DNA of 64,000 nucleotides, taken from positions 57,474,001 through 57,538,000 of the forward strand of contig OX597829.1 in NCBI GenBank assembly GCA_951406725.2, in the 5' to 3' direction. The stretch is from Octopus vulgaris (lineage: Eukaryota). Below, in pieces: positions 1 through 15,799 of this stretch (its first letter is position 1; every line of letters starts with the position of its first letter). The notes under the pieces were generated by a model, which had not been told where the DNA came from, did no database searches, and saw only the letters and a program-made list of their open reading frames with translations. The translations under genes were made by a program, and so were the position numbers.

Positions 1-25
1 GCCTGAAATATGCAATGGAACCTGA

Positions 26-376
26 ATGGTTATAAGGAGGATTCAGAGCCATGTTATAACTGCTGAAATTTTGAGTGGACCATTCGTAGGAACAATGAAG
101 ATGATACATAAAATGAGTATTTCACCCTCTGATGTTCCCCTTCAGTTTAAACGCTATCAATTTCCGATAAAACTATGCTTCGCGATGACAATCAACAAGT
201 CACAGGGACAATCATTGGACATTGTAGGCGTTAACCTGTCACAACCGGTTTTCAGTCATGGTCAATTGTACGTAGCCTGTTCTCAAGTTGGAAATCTGCA
301 TAAACTCTTCATTCTTGGCAATCATGAGCGCACAAGGAACGTGGTTTATCAGGAGGCTCTGACAAAACAAAACTGA
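26..376 (+). pseudogene. PIF1-family (Helitron RepHel) helicase C-terminal fragment
   Basis: Translated helicase motifs V/VI; no upstream domains in the window. Confidence 0.85.
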
Positions 377-1299
377 TTGTAAGTCATGAAATTTTGCTTG
401 ATTTTTTATTTTTCACCTCTTCATTATCTCTTCATTCTTGAAAATAAAGACATTAAAAAGAACATGGTTCATAAAGAACATTGGGTTCAGATGTTTGCAA
501 ACATTTGATCCAACTCATTCTCTTTATTCCTCATTTTCCGATTCCTTCTACGTCTCCATTAAACGGTTTAGTCAAGTTATTGTTTCTTCGCTAACATAAG
601 ACATTCATAAAGTGAATGAGTTCTTAATTACATTTTATACACTGTTCCATTGTTTAGGTGGTATCGAAAGGACTGGCATGTGTCACCATATAAACTCTCT
701 CAGTCAAACTCCCAACTCATAAGTTCACATCGTGATACTCTTTCTACAAAACTGAGCCGGGTGTGAATTCTAATTTCATACAGTATTGCAGATGTGAGTT
801 TACAGTCTGCCTTTTTTGGTTTAAACTATCTTCCTGCAGGTTAAAAAACTTCTTTTTTTTAGAGTCCTCTACAATATTCGCCACCGAAATTCCATTTTCC
901 ACTTTTATGATTATACCCAGAGTGCTCTAATCGAATATTAACTGTCTTCCCATTGGCGGACGTTTGTCTTTTTTTTTTTGAAACAAATGCATTGCTTCTT
1001 TCGTTTTAAAACAATAAAACAATGCTACTTTAATACATTGGCCCAAGAAACAAAACATCACCCACTCTCATTCTATTATGTATCTGTCTTCCTCCATCAC
1101 TCACTCTCTTTTCTCCCTTCCTTTCACATTCTATCTATAACGTCGTTTCACAGCGTCTACCTCCCTTACCTTCACTTTCTCTTTATAACGTCGTTTCACA
1201 GCGTCCATTATCCCCCCTCCCTGCCTACCACAGCGCTTTCACACACACTCTCTCTCTACGTCTGTCTGCATTCATAGAGAGAATTATCATCGCCACGAC

Positions 1300-1689
1300 C
1301 TAATAATAGGAGCACTCCGTCGGTATTACGATGAGGGTCCCAGCTGATACGATCAACGGAACAGCTTGCTCGTGGAATTAACGTGCAAGTGGCTGAGCAT
1401 TCCACAGACACGTGTACCCTTAACGTAGTTCTCGAGGAGATTCAGCGTGACACAGAGTGTGACAAGGCCGGCCCTTTGAAATACAGGTACAACAGAAACA
1501 GGAAGAAAGAGTGAGAGAAAGTTGTGGTGAAAGAGTACAGCAGGGTTCACCACCATCCCCTACAGGAGCCTTGTGAAGCTTTATGTGTTTTCGCTCAATA
1601 AACACTCACAATGCCCGGTCTGGGAATCGAAACCGCGATCCTATGACCGCGAGTCCGCTGCCCTAACCCCTGGGCCATTGCGCCTCCAC
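1300..1689 (-). mobile_element. tRNA-derived SINE inserted in the Helitron, 10-bp TSD
   Basis: Minus-strand head GTGGAGGCGCAATGGCCCAGGGG (A box) ... GGTTTCGATTCCC (B box). Direct repeat TCGCCACGAC at 1290-1299 and 1690-1699. Near-identical copy at 27764-28136. Confidence 0.9.
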
Positions 1690-1831
1690 TCGCCACGACG
1701 ACCACCACACAATCATGAGAACAAATATGAATCAGATATTTATTGGGTTAATTTATATATGTGTGTGTCTGTATCTATATATAAATATATACATATAAGG
1801 TATATATACAAAGTGTATATATCTGTATTTA

Positions 1832-1863
<32 letters not shown>

Positions 1864-1922
1864 GTATACATTTATATATATACCACACTTACCCGCGCGT
1901 AGAGCGGGTCACCTTCAGCTAG

Positions 1923-2754
<832 letters not shown>

Positions 2755-2755
<1 letters not shown>

Positions 2756-3340
2756 GATGATTGCTTCATCTTGAGAGATGATAGTCGTCCCATCAACACA
2801 CACACAACACCCCATCACACAGCAAATCACTCCGTTGATGAGCCTTCAGATGACTTTTAAGACCAAATGGCAGGGTTTCGAACACAAATGGCAGATATTA
2901 TTGTGAAGTTTCTTTTATATCTTTACTCTTTGGAATCTGACTCTGAAAGATTGTTTTTGTGAACTAGCATATGTCTTTGAAGTCCAGATATTGTCTTACA
3001 AGTTTCGTGACATATGACACAAGTTGTAAGAGGTGGTTGGTGGGGTTTAAGCTTATTTGCTACCTGGGCATTACGATTTTCACGTGACTCGATATGATTC
3101 ACGTGTTCTACTTTTGATAAAAGAACACGATCACACATAGTACATGTCCAACATCATTGTTGATTTTGGTTCCAATTGCTCCTTTTAAGCTCAGAGCGCT
3201 GAATAATCTTTTCGCGCTTGGCGTTGCAAGCAGTTCCAACAGCACCTCTCCACTTATCCGATCCAGAGCATCAGTTTCCCAATCACTTTTGTTCATATCT
3301 AGTTTCTTTAGGTTTTCCTACTCACAGTCTTTATATCACG
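2755..3340 (-). mobile_element. RTE-type LINE 3' end (ORF C-terminus with C2H2-like finger and tail)
   Basis: Minus-strand YKDC..NLKKLDMNKSDWETDALDR and CVICHETCKTISGLQRHMLVH. Confidence 0.7.
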
Positions 3341-4650
3341 TATGAAAATATTCTTGACTCAAACTTAAAGAACAAAGTGCAACTAGGAAAGTTGTATGAT
3401 TCTTAGAAAGCAACTTGCAAAAAGAATTCAGGAAGCTTAAAGACATTTAGTGAAGAAATTTGTTTGAGGAAGTGCAAGCGGCCTATAACAAAAAGACATT
3501 AAGAATTTTTACAGTTTATTGCGGCAAGCTTTTGAACTCCAATCTTTATCGTATGTTCCCTTGAAGTCAAAAGATGGAAATAAGGTTATTAAAGATCCTC
3601 AGGGAATAATGAATAGATGGGGAGAACACTTTGCAGATCTTTTCCACAATCCTTCTGTAGTGAACATGGATATAATAAAAAAAATTTCCGCCAAGAGAAA
3701 TAGTGCAACTCATGAACAATACACCTTCTATTGAAGAAATAAATCTGGCATTATATAGACTTAGATCATACAAGCCCCTGGACTGGATGGTATTCCTGCT
3801 GAAATTCTGAAAGCAAGTGGGGATAATATTTCATCTGAAATTCATAGCCTGATAACTCGTGTTTGGAAAGAATTTTCTGTGCCACAGGCTTGGATAAATG
3901 ATATTATAATTTCTGTATACAAGGGTAAGGACCCAAAATCAATGTGTGGTAATTCTAGAGGGATAACTCTCCTGATACATACAAGGAAGATACTTTCAAG
4001 TATCATGTTAGATCGTCTCGTTAAAAATGTGTGTCCACATGTGATTCCCGAGGAACAGTGTGATTTTAGACCTCAGCGAGGAGCAATAGACATGATATCT
4101 TCTACGAGGCAGGTTCAGGAGAAGTGCTTAGAGGAACAAACGCCACTATACCATGTCTTCATAAATTTAACTAAGGCATTTGACACGGTAAACAGAGAGG
4201 CACTGTGGACTGTTTTGTGTAAACTTGGTTGTCCAACACATTTTGCGAGCATCTTTAAGGAACTACACAGAGTAGGGAGTTTTAATGGCGACTTACGAAT
4301 TTTCGGTGGGCAACGGTGTCAAACAAGGAGATATTCCTGCCCCTACACTTTTCTCTATTTATTTTGCTACATTGCTTTGGCATGCTTTCAAGGATTGCAA
4401 CAGGAGAATCGGAATCAGATTTTCGGACATCTTGTTGCGTTTTTAATCTGACCTAGTGTAACTGCAAAGCAAGGACTTTCAAATCACTTGTCAGGGAATT
4501 ACTTTACGCTGATGATGATGTTGGCACACTCTGAGGGGTATATGCAACATTTAACGGACAGGTTTTCCACTGCATGGTTATATTTCGAACTCAAAATTAG
4601 TCTGGGGAAAACCAAAGTAATGTTGCGTCAGGGCAACCATATTCTGAACC
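3340..4650 (+). mobile_element. RTE-type LINE reverse transcriptase fragment (frameshifted)
   Basis: APGLDGIPAEILK, GNSRGITLL, EEQCDFRPQRGAIDM, FINLTKAFDTVNREALW, GVKQG and LVRELLYADD motifs across frames. Confidence 0.9.
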
Positions 4651-4654
4651 AAAC

Positions 4655-5915
<1,261 letters not shown>

Positions 5916-6067
5916 GTAATATGTGACACTGATTCGGTAGCCATGATCAAACTCCGAGTTTCGGATGCCGAGGTGGAAATCCACGCCGCCATCGGAAAAT
6001 GCTATGAAAAATGACCGTTATACAAAGGGAAATTACTGTGTGATTGACCGTTATTAAGACAAAAGAG

Positions 6068-6113
<46 letters not shown>

Positions 6114-6974
6114 TGTTGTTTCAGCTCACAGCTGTAACAAATGACCGCTAAGTGAGGGGCGGGAGTAAAAGTAAGGGGGTAAAAAAGTTCATAGTATTCG
6201 CGTAAGTGTGCATGTTCATACCTACACATGCGCGCCCGCACATCCACGTGCGTGCGCCTAAAAGTATGCATTCATCCACCCTCACTTGAAAACGTACACA
6301 TCCTCACTCGCACCATTCGCCAAGTGTATATGTATATACATAACCCCCACACACACACATACACAGGCACCATAAGGGTTCATACACACGTCTATGTACG
6401 CACAAGCACAAGGAAAAACAGGGCTAAGGGTAACAATACAGAAAAAAAGGCATATACCTTTATGCACGCGCACACACACGCCTATATACACACATACTCG
6501 CACACGCCTATATACGCACAAACACACGCACGCACAAAAAAATCATACATATGTCTATATGCGCGCATACAGCAGAAAAACTGGGCTAAAGGCAAAAATA
6601 CAGGAAAATGTGTAAAAACACAGTAAAATACGTCTATATACGCACGTACCCGCCTGCACGCTCACACGCACACATCTATATACGCACATACCCGCACACA
6701 CGCACACATCCACACACGGGCACAAAAGATTCCATATACACGTCTATATACGCACAGGGAAAAATGTAGGGTGGAAGATAGAATACAGAAAAATTATGTG
6801 TAAAAAATATATAAGCAATAAACCTATAAACCAAAATCTCTATAAATATGTAAGAAATATATGTATAAAAAATATAAATAAAAATATATAAGAAATATAA
6901 GTAAAAGGTATAAAGAGATAAAAAACTTGTGCGTGGACACAATATCGAAAGCAAGTTCTATCTGTAGCCTCGGG

Positions 6975-7930
6975 GGGACCAAAAGCGTAATAAATATTTG
7001 GCTACATATGGACATAACCCGAAAAGTTCCGTCCTTCAATTCAGACATGTAGAAGGGTCTAACTGCTTTTCCTGATGAGCCATCTTTCCATATCGCAAAG
7101 ACCGCACTTTCCGCTGCCGTTGGTGTAGGGCTTACACTTAGCTAAGATCTTCCAATGGATGTTGTAACTGACACCTTTATCTTTTAATTAACATATATGA
7201 TTGAATAATTTGGTTGTTTTCCTCTTATCCCAGTGCCTAAAGCTCAAAGTGTGATTATTAAACCTGGCCTTGAAATTACCCTCTGTAAGGTCCACGTATT
7301 TCTTCGTCGAAACCGTGTCTTTAGTGGATATAGAGTCCACGGTGGTTTCGTAAATGATGATCTCGGAGATGCAAGCTCCATTTAGCGGGCACAAATTTTT
7401 ATCCCTGCATGAACAGCTGGATTCGTAATGTGGTTTTCGTGTGTTGTGTGCGATTGTATTTTTAAAATTGATAGTTGAGCTGAAATTGATTTTTAAGTTA
7501 CGTCTATTGAAGAGCTTCCTGTAAGTATGGTCGACTGGAAAATGTCTATCTACCAATACTAAGAAATACTTACCTATATTGAAGGTCAGCTCGGGTAAGT
7601 AGGGGTGTGTGAACCAGATGGTTTTCCTATTCCTATGTTTCCTTTTCTTTATTATTGGACTGGGGACATGTGTATAGGTTATTTCCTCGCTAAATCCACT
7701 ATCTTTTATAGCCTTGTTATATACTGAGGCAACGCTATTTAAAATGTCCCTATCGGAGGAGAGGCTAGAAATTCTCTTGCTAATGTTTTTAACTAAATTT
7801 TTAAATACTATAGGGGGATGGCATGAACCCACATTGATATAACTAAGACTATCATTGGGCTTCCTATAAGGCTTATAAATCTTCTTTTTTAGATCTAAGG
7901 ATACGTCCAGGAAATTGACAACCGTCAAAT
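6975..7930 (-). mobile_element. Penelope-like element fragment (RT thumb, Cys linker, GIY-YIG endonuclease), Neptune-like
   Basis: NFLDVSLDL..YRKPND..YIN..SCHPP; CSC..CPLNGAC linker; IIYE..KKYVDLTEGNFKARFNNH. Continues past a stop as IHWKIL..CGLCDMER..CLN. Confidence 0.85.
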
Positions 7931-7975
7931 ATCGAGGTCTCTTTCATTCTTTTGTTGTCTTACCATTTTTATCTG

Positions 7976-8147
<172 letters not shown>

Positions 8148-8289
8148 GAGAGATAGACATATAGGAACCTACTTAGAAGGACTTAGTCAAAGAAATTTGA
8201 CTAAAAATGTGTATGTGTGTGTGTGTACGTACGTATGTATATATGTTCTCTTCTGTTTTTAATTATTTGAATTTCATTGCTGGAATGTA

Positions 8290-9200
8290 GACAACAAAAA
8301 CCATATCACATTCTAAACTTGAAGAAAGTCTTGCACATTTTTACTGTTCCACTTAGAGATTGTATTTGTAATGAACAAATTAGTTGGTTGAATTCTTTTT
8401 CTGGAAACCCTAGCTTTTCCAGATTGTCACTTAGGCATTTACTTACAAAAACCAAGTGCACCAACAATTATTGGTATAAATGTGAATTTATAATCTGGAA
8501 ACAGAAGATGCAGTTTTCGAAGCAGTTGTTCATAGGTATCCTTTTTCTCTTTGATTTTCAATTTTCATAGTGATATTTGCATTTGCAGGACAACTGGCCT
8601 CTTTGATGGTACATGCTTTTTTCTCGTCTATCTCAAACCACATACGACCTGTTACGTTTACACTTGGCGGAAGTTTTGAAGGGAATGTTCCACCAATATT
8701 TCTTGTGTTGATGTTTGTGCTTGTATTCAATAATATTGAGGTTCTCTCTCTATATTTCTAGACAGTTTTTTTCTTATGGTATTGTATATTGCTTTAGTGA
8801 CCACGTGATGTTACACAAGGTGATAATACCTTGATGACATTTTTGGGCCATTGCTAATCATGTGAGATGTCTACCACAAAGACACAACATAATCGACATT
8901 TTCGGTTGCATCTTGCATCTTCAAGGCTTTCGTTGTCTCTTTTGTTCATTTGAATTTTGTGGCAATCTCCTGTTCTTCGAAGTATGATGTAATGTAAAGT
9001 CACGGGTCCAAAAAAGGCTATACTTCATGTCAATATTACTCTTTTTCTTCAAGTCTACAACATTCTCTTCTCTTTGCTATATGCTAAGAGAAATACTATA
9101 CCATACCTTCAGTCCTCCAATATCAACCAACGCAGGCAAATATTTTAAAGAATATATCTATATTTGACAATTTCTTCATTCTACTTAAGCAGCACCTTTT
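8290..9200 (-). mobile_element. Decayed RLE-type (R4/Dong-like) non-LTR retrotransposon C-terminus
   Basis: Minus-strand remnants SHMISNGPKMSSRYY (knuckle region), EASCPANANI and QLLRKLHLLFPDYKFTFIPIIVGALG. Confidence 0.6.
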
Positions 9201-9739
9201 CACACAGGTGTATATAATTTATACAGTCATTGTATATCTGTATGTACTTTAGACTTGTAAATTCGATTTTATTTCGAAGTGACACGAGTACGCGACATTG
9301 AAAAACCGAAAAAAAAAAAGAAACAAGTAAAAAAACCCCGGCGAAATGTGTATCTGTCGCTCTGGTGACCACTTCTGGGGCGATTTCGTTTCGCCTAGCT
9401 TTGAAGCTTGATCCGTGTCTTGGGATTACTTATCGAGGTTTAAAGTCCTCACGAACATATTATGCTTTGGTTCTTCGCTGATGTGAAGAGCTTCATCCAA
9501 AGCTAAAATCTAACAGGAAAAATGACAGATGGATATGTGAAGACCCTTCTGATGTACCCAGAGTAATGTACACTAAGTTTTCAATTACACGTACATTAAG
9601 TATGTTGTACTGATAGTTTTTTTTTAAATTTTATTAGAGATCTGTTTTTGTTGCATAATTCGAATTTATATATTTCAGTTTATTAATTTTCCATCTCTTA
9701 AAAATTATTCAAGATATTTGTTATCTCTTTTTTTTTTTT

Positions 9740-9900
9740 ACCAGAATATATCTTCGTAGGCTTCTTCTGGAATCATCTTCGCAAGGTTTTCATGGAGTCA
9801 TCTAAGGCTTCTCAGGGAATCATCACTGAAAGCCACATTACATAGCAGGCATTGTTTTGTTATATTCGTAAACGAAGGCACCAATCCAAATTTCAAATGT
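9740..9900 (-). mobile_element. Possible hAT/Buster transposase N-terminal BED-finger remnant
   Basis: Minus-strand KFGLVPSFTNITKQCLLCNVAFSDDSLR resembles the KFGF.PS...CL.C..FSN..MKP pattern of Buster transposases. Confidence 0.4.
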
Positions 9901-11564
9901 TGTTGTGGTTATTATTGGCAATTCTTCTCAGTATCAACTGCTGTCAATACGCTTATTAAAAATTGTTCTCAATTGACATAACAAATTACATAACTATCAG
10001 TTCACTGACATCTTTCCGATAGAACTGGGTGTGGAATATTCACTGATTGTCACTAGGTTATTTTGGTCTTCACACTGCAGTGTAGCACGAAGATGACGCC
10101 ACTGACATGCTCAACCAAGCATTGCTGCAACCTAAGTTTCTTGCAACATACTAGAAAATTCAGCCGAGCGAATAAAATATTTTCAAATATTATAAATGCT
10201 AAAGGTGTGTGATATAATAAATATGGCTGCTACTTGAGCGGTTTAACGCAGTATCTGTAGTTAATGCTGTGAAATGAACTGATCTGGGTTAGAATTAGGG
10301 TTAAGGTTTAGGGTTAGACTGCACGCTAAAGTGTAAATGGCCAAGGTTAGAGTTTAGGACCAAGGTTAGGGTTACGGCTAAAGTCAGCACGCTAAAGTGT
10401 AAATGGCAAGGTAAAGTGAACGCTGAAGCTCTTTGTTGACTGTCATGAATCTTTCTTCCATAATCTTTCTTCCATAACATGATAATTAATTTATAGATGG
10501 GACCCTAACAGGTGCTACTATTTCGGCCAGAGTAGATCTGGGAACAATTATGTCTAAGAGTTGGTTCCGCTCTCCTCAAAACCCTGGAACTCTTGAAGCA
10601 GGGTCCAACAGTCGGACGCAGTTTAAAGCCATACACAGGACTAGTGCTCCACACTGACAAATGTTTTCGTACCGGTTGAAAAAAATTCGTACTAATACAG
10701 TATCAGGAAGTTGGAGATACTTTAAAAGAGTTCAGAAGCAATAGAAGGAATGTTGGTTTATCTCTTCTTTTATTTCTTACTTGTTTCAGGTATTGAACTG
10801 CAGCCAAGCTGGAGCACTGCTTAGAAGGGTTTGGTTGAGCTAATTGATTCCAGTACATTTTTAAAGCTTGATGCTTATTCTATCAAAGATTTATGCCAAA
10901 CAGATAAGATACGGGCACGTAAAGAAATCAACACCCAGTTGTCAAGCAGTGGTCGAGGACAAACAACAGCTCTGCCTTTTCAAATCATCTTAATTCCTTA
11001 TTACATGTCTAACTTACAAATATTCTGATTTTCACTTTGATCACTTCGGGATTAGTTTGAGTTTAAATACAGCAAAAATTCTTATATCATATTTCATTAA
11101 TACCTCTTCGTTTTATCCCCTTAAACTTCTGTTTCCCTTGCCCTGTGCGATCTTTGATCACTTAATTATACTGCGGCTACTAACAGTTCTCTTCAATTCC
11201 CTTAGATGATGGGAGCGTCTTTAAAAATGTGATGCTAGAGTACATATTTGGGTCTATGTAATACTACAAACGATTTAATACGGACCTAAAACGTCTACAT
11301 AATGGAAACACGTGTCGGCGTTTTATATGTTGTAAACTATTAATTAAAGATGTGTAATTTTCTATTCTTCTCAGTGTTTTCCTAATATACTCTGGAACTT
11401 AATGCGAAATTCTTCGGAGAAGACTCATTTACTAATTGAACGAGAGCACAGCTGTAATTGTTTGATCAACACGATTCCTAGTGTTTCCTAATGCTTGATG
11501 TAATTAGCCAAGTTCGGATTACAGTTGAGTGGTCATAAAGTATCTATCCTGACTTTGAAGTATA

Positions 11565-11650
<86 letters not shown>

Positions 11651-11654
11651 GTGT

Positions 11655-11925
11655 AGTGTGAAAGCGCGTGACCTTGGGGCTAGGGCGTTGCACTAACGAT
11701 CGCAGGATCGCGGTTTCGATTCCCAGGCAGGCGTTGTGTTCTTGAGCAAGACATCATTTTACATTGCTCCAGTCCCCTCAATTGGAAATGGGTAACCCTG
11801 CAACTGAGTGGCGTTCCATTCAACGGGGAATATCGACCTGATCACTCAGCCAGTTGAGCGACATCATTTGGAGGTTACAACAATGCAAGCGAGCGCATTG
11901 TGATCATGCTGGTCGATAAAGGGAT
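11655..11925 (+). mobile_element. tRNA-derived SINE (diverged)
   Basis: Head gtgaaagcgcgtg..., B box GGTTTCGATTCCC, body gttgtgttcttgagcaagaca shared with 41685. Confidence 0.75.
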
Positions 11926-12056
11926 ACATACATATGCATGCACGCACGCACACGCGCACACAGAACCGTCTAAGAATGCATGAAATATGTTGTATATTTG
12001 TCAACAGACTGGGTATATTAATCGAAGTGTACAGTATTGTATATCCGATACAGTCG

Positions 12057-12140
12057 ATCTTACCAATCGGTTTCGCACTAAGAGTTCAACAGGGTGCTAG
12101 ATAACAACCCGATTATGTAATCGTTGCGCTCTTCAGAGAT
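12057..12140 (-). ncRNA. Type I hammerhead ribozyme
   Basis: Minus strand: AUCU-CUGAAGA-GCGC(...)GUGC-GAAAC-CGAUUG-GUA-AGAU. All three stems pair; GUA cleavage triplet. Confidence 0.8.
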
Positions 12141-12933
12141 GGTAGTTACAGAAGAAAATACTGCTTTGTATTGCTGGCGGTGAAAAGACACACCGTGTTT
12201 GTATTTGCTGTGAAAAAAACGAAACGATCCAAGCAAGGGTTAAATTAAGAGTTATATCTCTTAGTGGAAAAAAAAAAAACTGCCTCTGCGGGCGTTGTAA
12301 GGTGACAAGAGTTTTCTGGAAATGTGTGTTTATTTTTGGGTTGGTGTTCTTGTAAAACTAGAATGAGTGCAGTGATACTATATGTGTAGCGTTTTCGGGG
12401 TGGGGGCGGGCCGGGGGGGGGGGGAGCTGCATGAATACTTGTGCGTTCCTTGTGTGCATTGTGTGTATTTTGGTTAAATTCTTTGGAGTGTTTGTGTACG
12501 TATGGAGTGTGTTTAGGGGTACTATATATGTAAGGGCTTATATGGGGCGGAGGGGAAGGATCTTTTAGGGGAATATCCACCATGTTAGAGAGCGCATATG
12601 TCTATGAGTGTGTTTGTGTGTGTTCTGCTCAAACTCTTTGCCGGATTCCTAGGTATTGGTTGGGGGAACTGGTGATTATAGGCATGAAGGGGCACGTAGG
12701 TATGACAAAATGTACCTCCTTTCATGTGGACAAGGATTAAAACTCGGATTTGTGGAGAAAGATCGTCGCTCCTTAATTTAGGCTACAAATGACCACGATA
12801 TGTAGACGTTCAAAATTTGTGAAACGTTTTTACGATTCGAATGATGACTCTTTACACAAGGGACGATGACAATTTCCTTTTCTTTACAACCTTACCGACG
12901 GGAAGGTGACCGGTCGAAGACAAAAACTAGAAA

Positions 12934-12937
<4 letters not shown>

Positions 12938-12985
<48 letters not shown>

Positions 12986-13700
12986 TTACATCCATCCATC
13001 CATCCATACATACATAAATACATACATTCATTTACACACATACATGCATACATATAAACATTCATACATACATTCATTCATACATACACACATACATACA
13101 TACATACGCACACATTCATACATACATTTATTCATACATACATACATACATACGTACATACATACACACACATTCATACATACATACATACACACATACA
13201 TACACATACATACATACATACATACATACATACGTAATAGACACACGCTATATACATACATTCATACATACATACATACATACACACACACATACATACA
13301 TACGTAACAGACACACGCTATATACATACATACATACATACATACATACATACATACATACACACATACATACATACGTAACAGACACACGCTATATACA
13401 TACATACATACATACATACATACATACATACATACATACATACATAACATACACACGCTATATACATACATACATACATACATACATACATACATACATA
13501 CATACATACATACATACATACATACATACATACATACATACATACATACATACATACATACATACATACATACATACATACATACATACATACATACGTA
13601 ACAGACACACGCTATATACATACATACACACACACATACATACATACGAAACAGACACACGCTGTATACATACATTCATACATACGCACACACGCATATG
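12938..13700. repeat. (GA)n and (CATA)n microsatellite with a recurring gtaacagacacacgctata unit
   Basis: Directly visible. Confidence 0.9.
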
Positions 13701-13869
13701 CTCCGATTTATTACGAGGAATTTTAAGTGATTAAGTGTGCAGATCTGGGATGTGCGTGTGCGCGCGCGCGCGTATCCTGGTGGCTAGTTAAACCTAAAAC
13801 CAGAATTAAAATTTCTGCAATTAAATTTGAAACGGAGCGGAGTGAACGATCGTAGAATATTAAAAGGAC

Positions 13870-14050
13870 AAGTGCTGCTGAGCCGGACACACCACAAGGT
13901 TCACAGAGAAGAGATGGATCCGTGCAGTTGCCGAGTGGTACATAAGTGATAGGAAAAGGCCACTGGGAAGGCCACCACACCGATAGAATGACGATTTAGT
14001 TACAGAATTTGGGTCAAGAATGGTGCAATCGAGACAGAATTGGAAGCGCA
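13870..14050 (+). mobile_element. LINE (RTE-like) 3' ORF fragment
   Basis: AGHTTRFTEKRWIRAVAEW..KRPLGRPPHR motif. Confidence 0.6.
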
Positions 14051-14381
14051 TTGTGACCAGCGGTGTATAACAACATCAAATGGTTTGGTAGACACTGTTA
14101 TATATATATATATATTTAAATAATGAGAGAGATAAATTAATATTAATTTTAATATCAATTTAAAACCAGTAGTCTAGCATACAAAAAATCTGAGCAATCA
14201 GAGAAAATTCTAATATATGTGTATATTGGCAGGGCAAGACAGCTAGGTAGTCGGCCGTATGCTAGAAATAGATCATCAACGATCAAACTACAAAGAAAGT
14301 TCTTTAGAGGAAAAATTCAGCGAACACCAGAACCAAATTTGGCGGGCAGGACAGATGAAAATTTATATAAAAAACAAAATT

Positions 14382-14460
14382 AATTGCATACCTCGGTTTC
14401 GGCCTTTAACAAAAGAATTACTTACATAATTCAAATGTCCGTGGCCTCATCAGTACAATC
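14382..14460 (-). ncRNA. Type I hammerhead ribozyme in a direct/inverted repeat cassette
   Basis: Minus strand: GAUUGUA-CUGAUGA-GGCC(...)GGCC-GAAAC-CGAG-GUA-UGCAAUU. 7-bp stem I including G-U pairs. Confidence 0.8.
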
Positions 14461-14748
14461 GTTCAGTGTAAATGCAATCTGAAAAAACTAACCCCAGCTT
14501 TCTGTGCCAAAACAGACACGTGTTTAGTTTTACCGATTACATTAGGTATAAAATTTCAAATGTCTTAGTTCCGGCGCGCTAAAAAATTCCTGAAGCGAAG
14601 AACTGCAGTAAATAATTCACTGCGGTTAGTGCTTGCTACTAGAGAACGTATTTATTTCAATATTTAAATAATGAGGGAGATAAATTAATATTAATTTTAA
14701 TTTCAATTTCTAGCATACGGCCGACTACCTAGCAGTCTTGCCCTGCCA

Positions 14749-14851
<103 letters not shown>

Positions 14852-14959
14852 TGTGTATGTGTGTGTGAGTGTGTGTGTGTATAAACATTACCGATGTCAA
14901 TTATTAGCTGTGGGATTATTTCATCCAGGGAAACGTCGAGTGTTAAAAGCACATAAACA

Positions 14960-15675
14960 AAATACATACAATAAGTATGTGACATCAATAGATTTATATT
15001 AGTCGAGGTGCATTCCTTCCTTCCTCTCTGTGAATCCGGCAAGACCTTGATCGGAAGCTCGGCCTTGGTGTTGCAGGCAGAGCAGCTGTTGTCTTTCTCA
15101 ATCGCATCCCACTCATAGTAATCCACATAGTAATCAGGTGGCCAGAAAATGGAGCAGGTGAAGTAGAAATACCCCGGCAACCACTTCTGACTCTTTCTGG
15201 AGTTATGACAAAGAACCGAATTCTGCTGACACACACACATAGCCTTCCAGCAACAACCAGCGTTTGACTACAATCTTCAGCAGCTTCACATAGTCGTGTG
15301 AACTGAGGCTAAGGCCCTTTCCAAAGATATGGGTAGCATGACGTTACCCTCACAGGCGACAAGCCCAAAGGTCATAACACTTTGGGGCAAACTTGATCTT
15401 CACGATGTTCATGTCACTTCTTACAGCCTTTCACAGCGCATTGTTCGCAGAGCATTGAGCAGCAGTCATGATGTTGGCATTTTTATACCCCGCATGAAAT
15501 ATGAAACTTTTCCGATATTCAGATGGCTTCCAGTCCTCCATGCTAACTAATTTTCGTCAACTACAATTTTAATCTTTATGCTCTTGAGTGACGCTGACCA
15601 TTCACAAATACATCATGCTCTTCCTGAAAAAGTGGCATAAAATATCGCCAAATTTAGCCCGAATACCACCCTGTA
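14960..15675 (-). mobile_element. Decayed Tc1/mariner-superfamily (DD37D/maT-like) element
   Basis: FWPP..DYYEWDAIEK remnant. Terminus (minus) cagggtggtattcgggctaaatt matches the start of the copy at 57983. Confidence 0.6.
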
Positions 15676-15799
15676 CACACACACACACACAGACACCTTA
15701 GGTGAGTTAAAATATGTTCATGACATTTCATCTTGTAAGGGCATATTCACTGCAGTTGCCGTGGAGAAAAAAATTCTCTCTTAGGGTAAAAGATGTAAA

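Larger units (their letters stand above)
1..1922 (+). mobile_element. Helitron 3' portion (PIF1-like helicase C-terminus, 3' region, terminal hairpin and CTAG)
   Basis: ORF 26-376 has PIF1 helicase motifs [20 protein letters not shown] and VFSHGQLYVA. Hairpin acccgc-gcgtaga-gcgggt at 1891-1909 is followed by CTAG (1919-1922) then T, the canonical Helitron 3' end. Confidence 0.85.

Noticed and set aside
26-376. Host PIF1 helicase gene (also 56363-56740)
   Set aside because: Only C-terminal fragments are present, each followed by a Helitron hairpin and CTRR end.
7070-7100. CTGATGAG as a hammerhead core
   Set aside because: It lies antisense within a PLE ORF and has no matching stem II or GAAA.
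9725-9850. Host exon after the polypyrimidine tract and CAG at about 9743
   Set aside because: No recognisable protein or clear donor site; the opposite strand fits a hAT remnant better.
13235-13670. CRISPR-like repeat-spacer pattern (gtaacagacacacgctata repeats)
   Set aside because: The spacers are (CATA)n of variable length. This is a slippage-derived minisatellite in eukaryotic DNA, with no cas genes.
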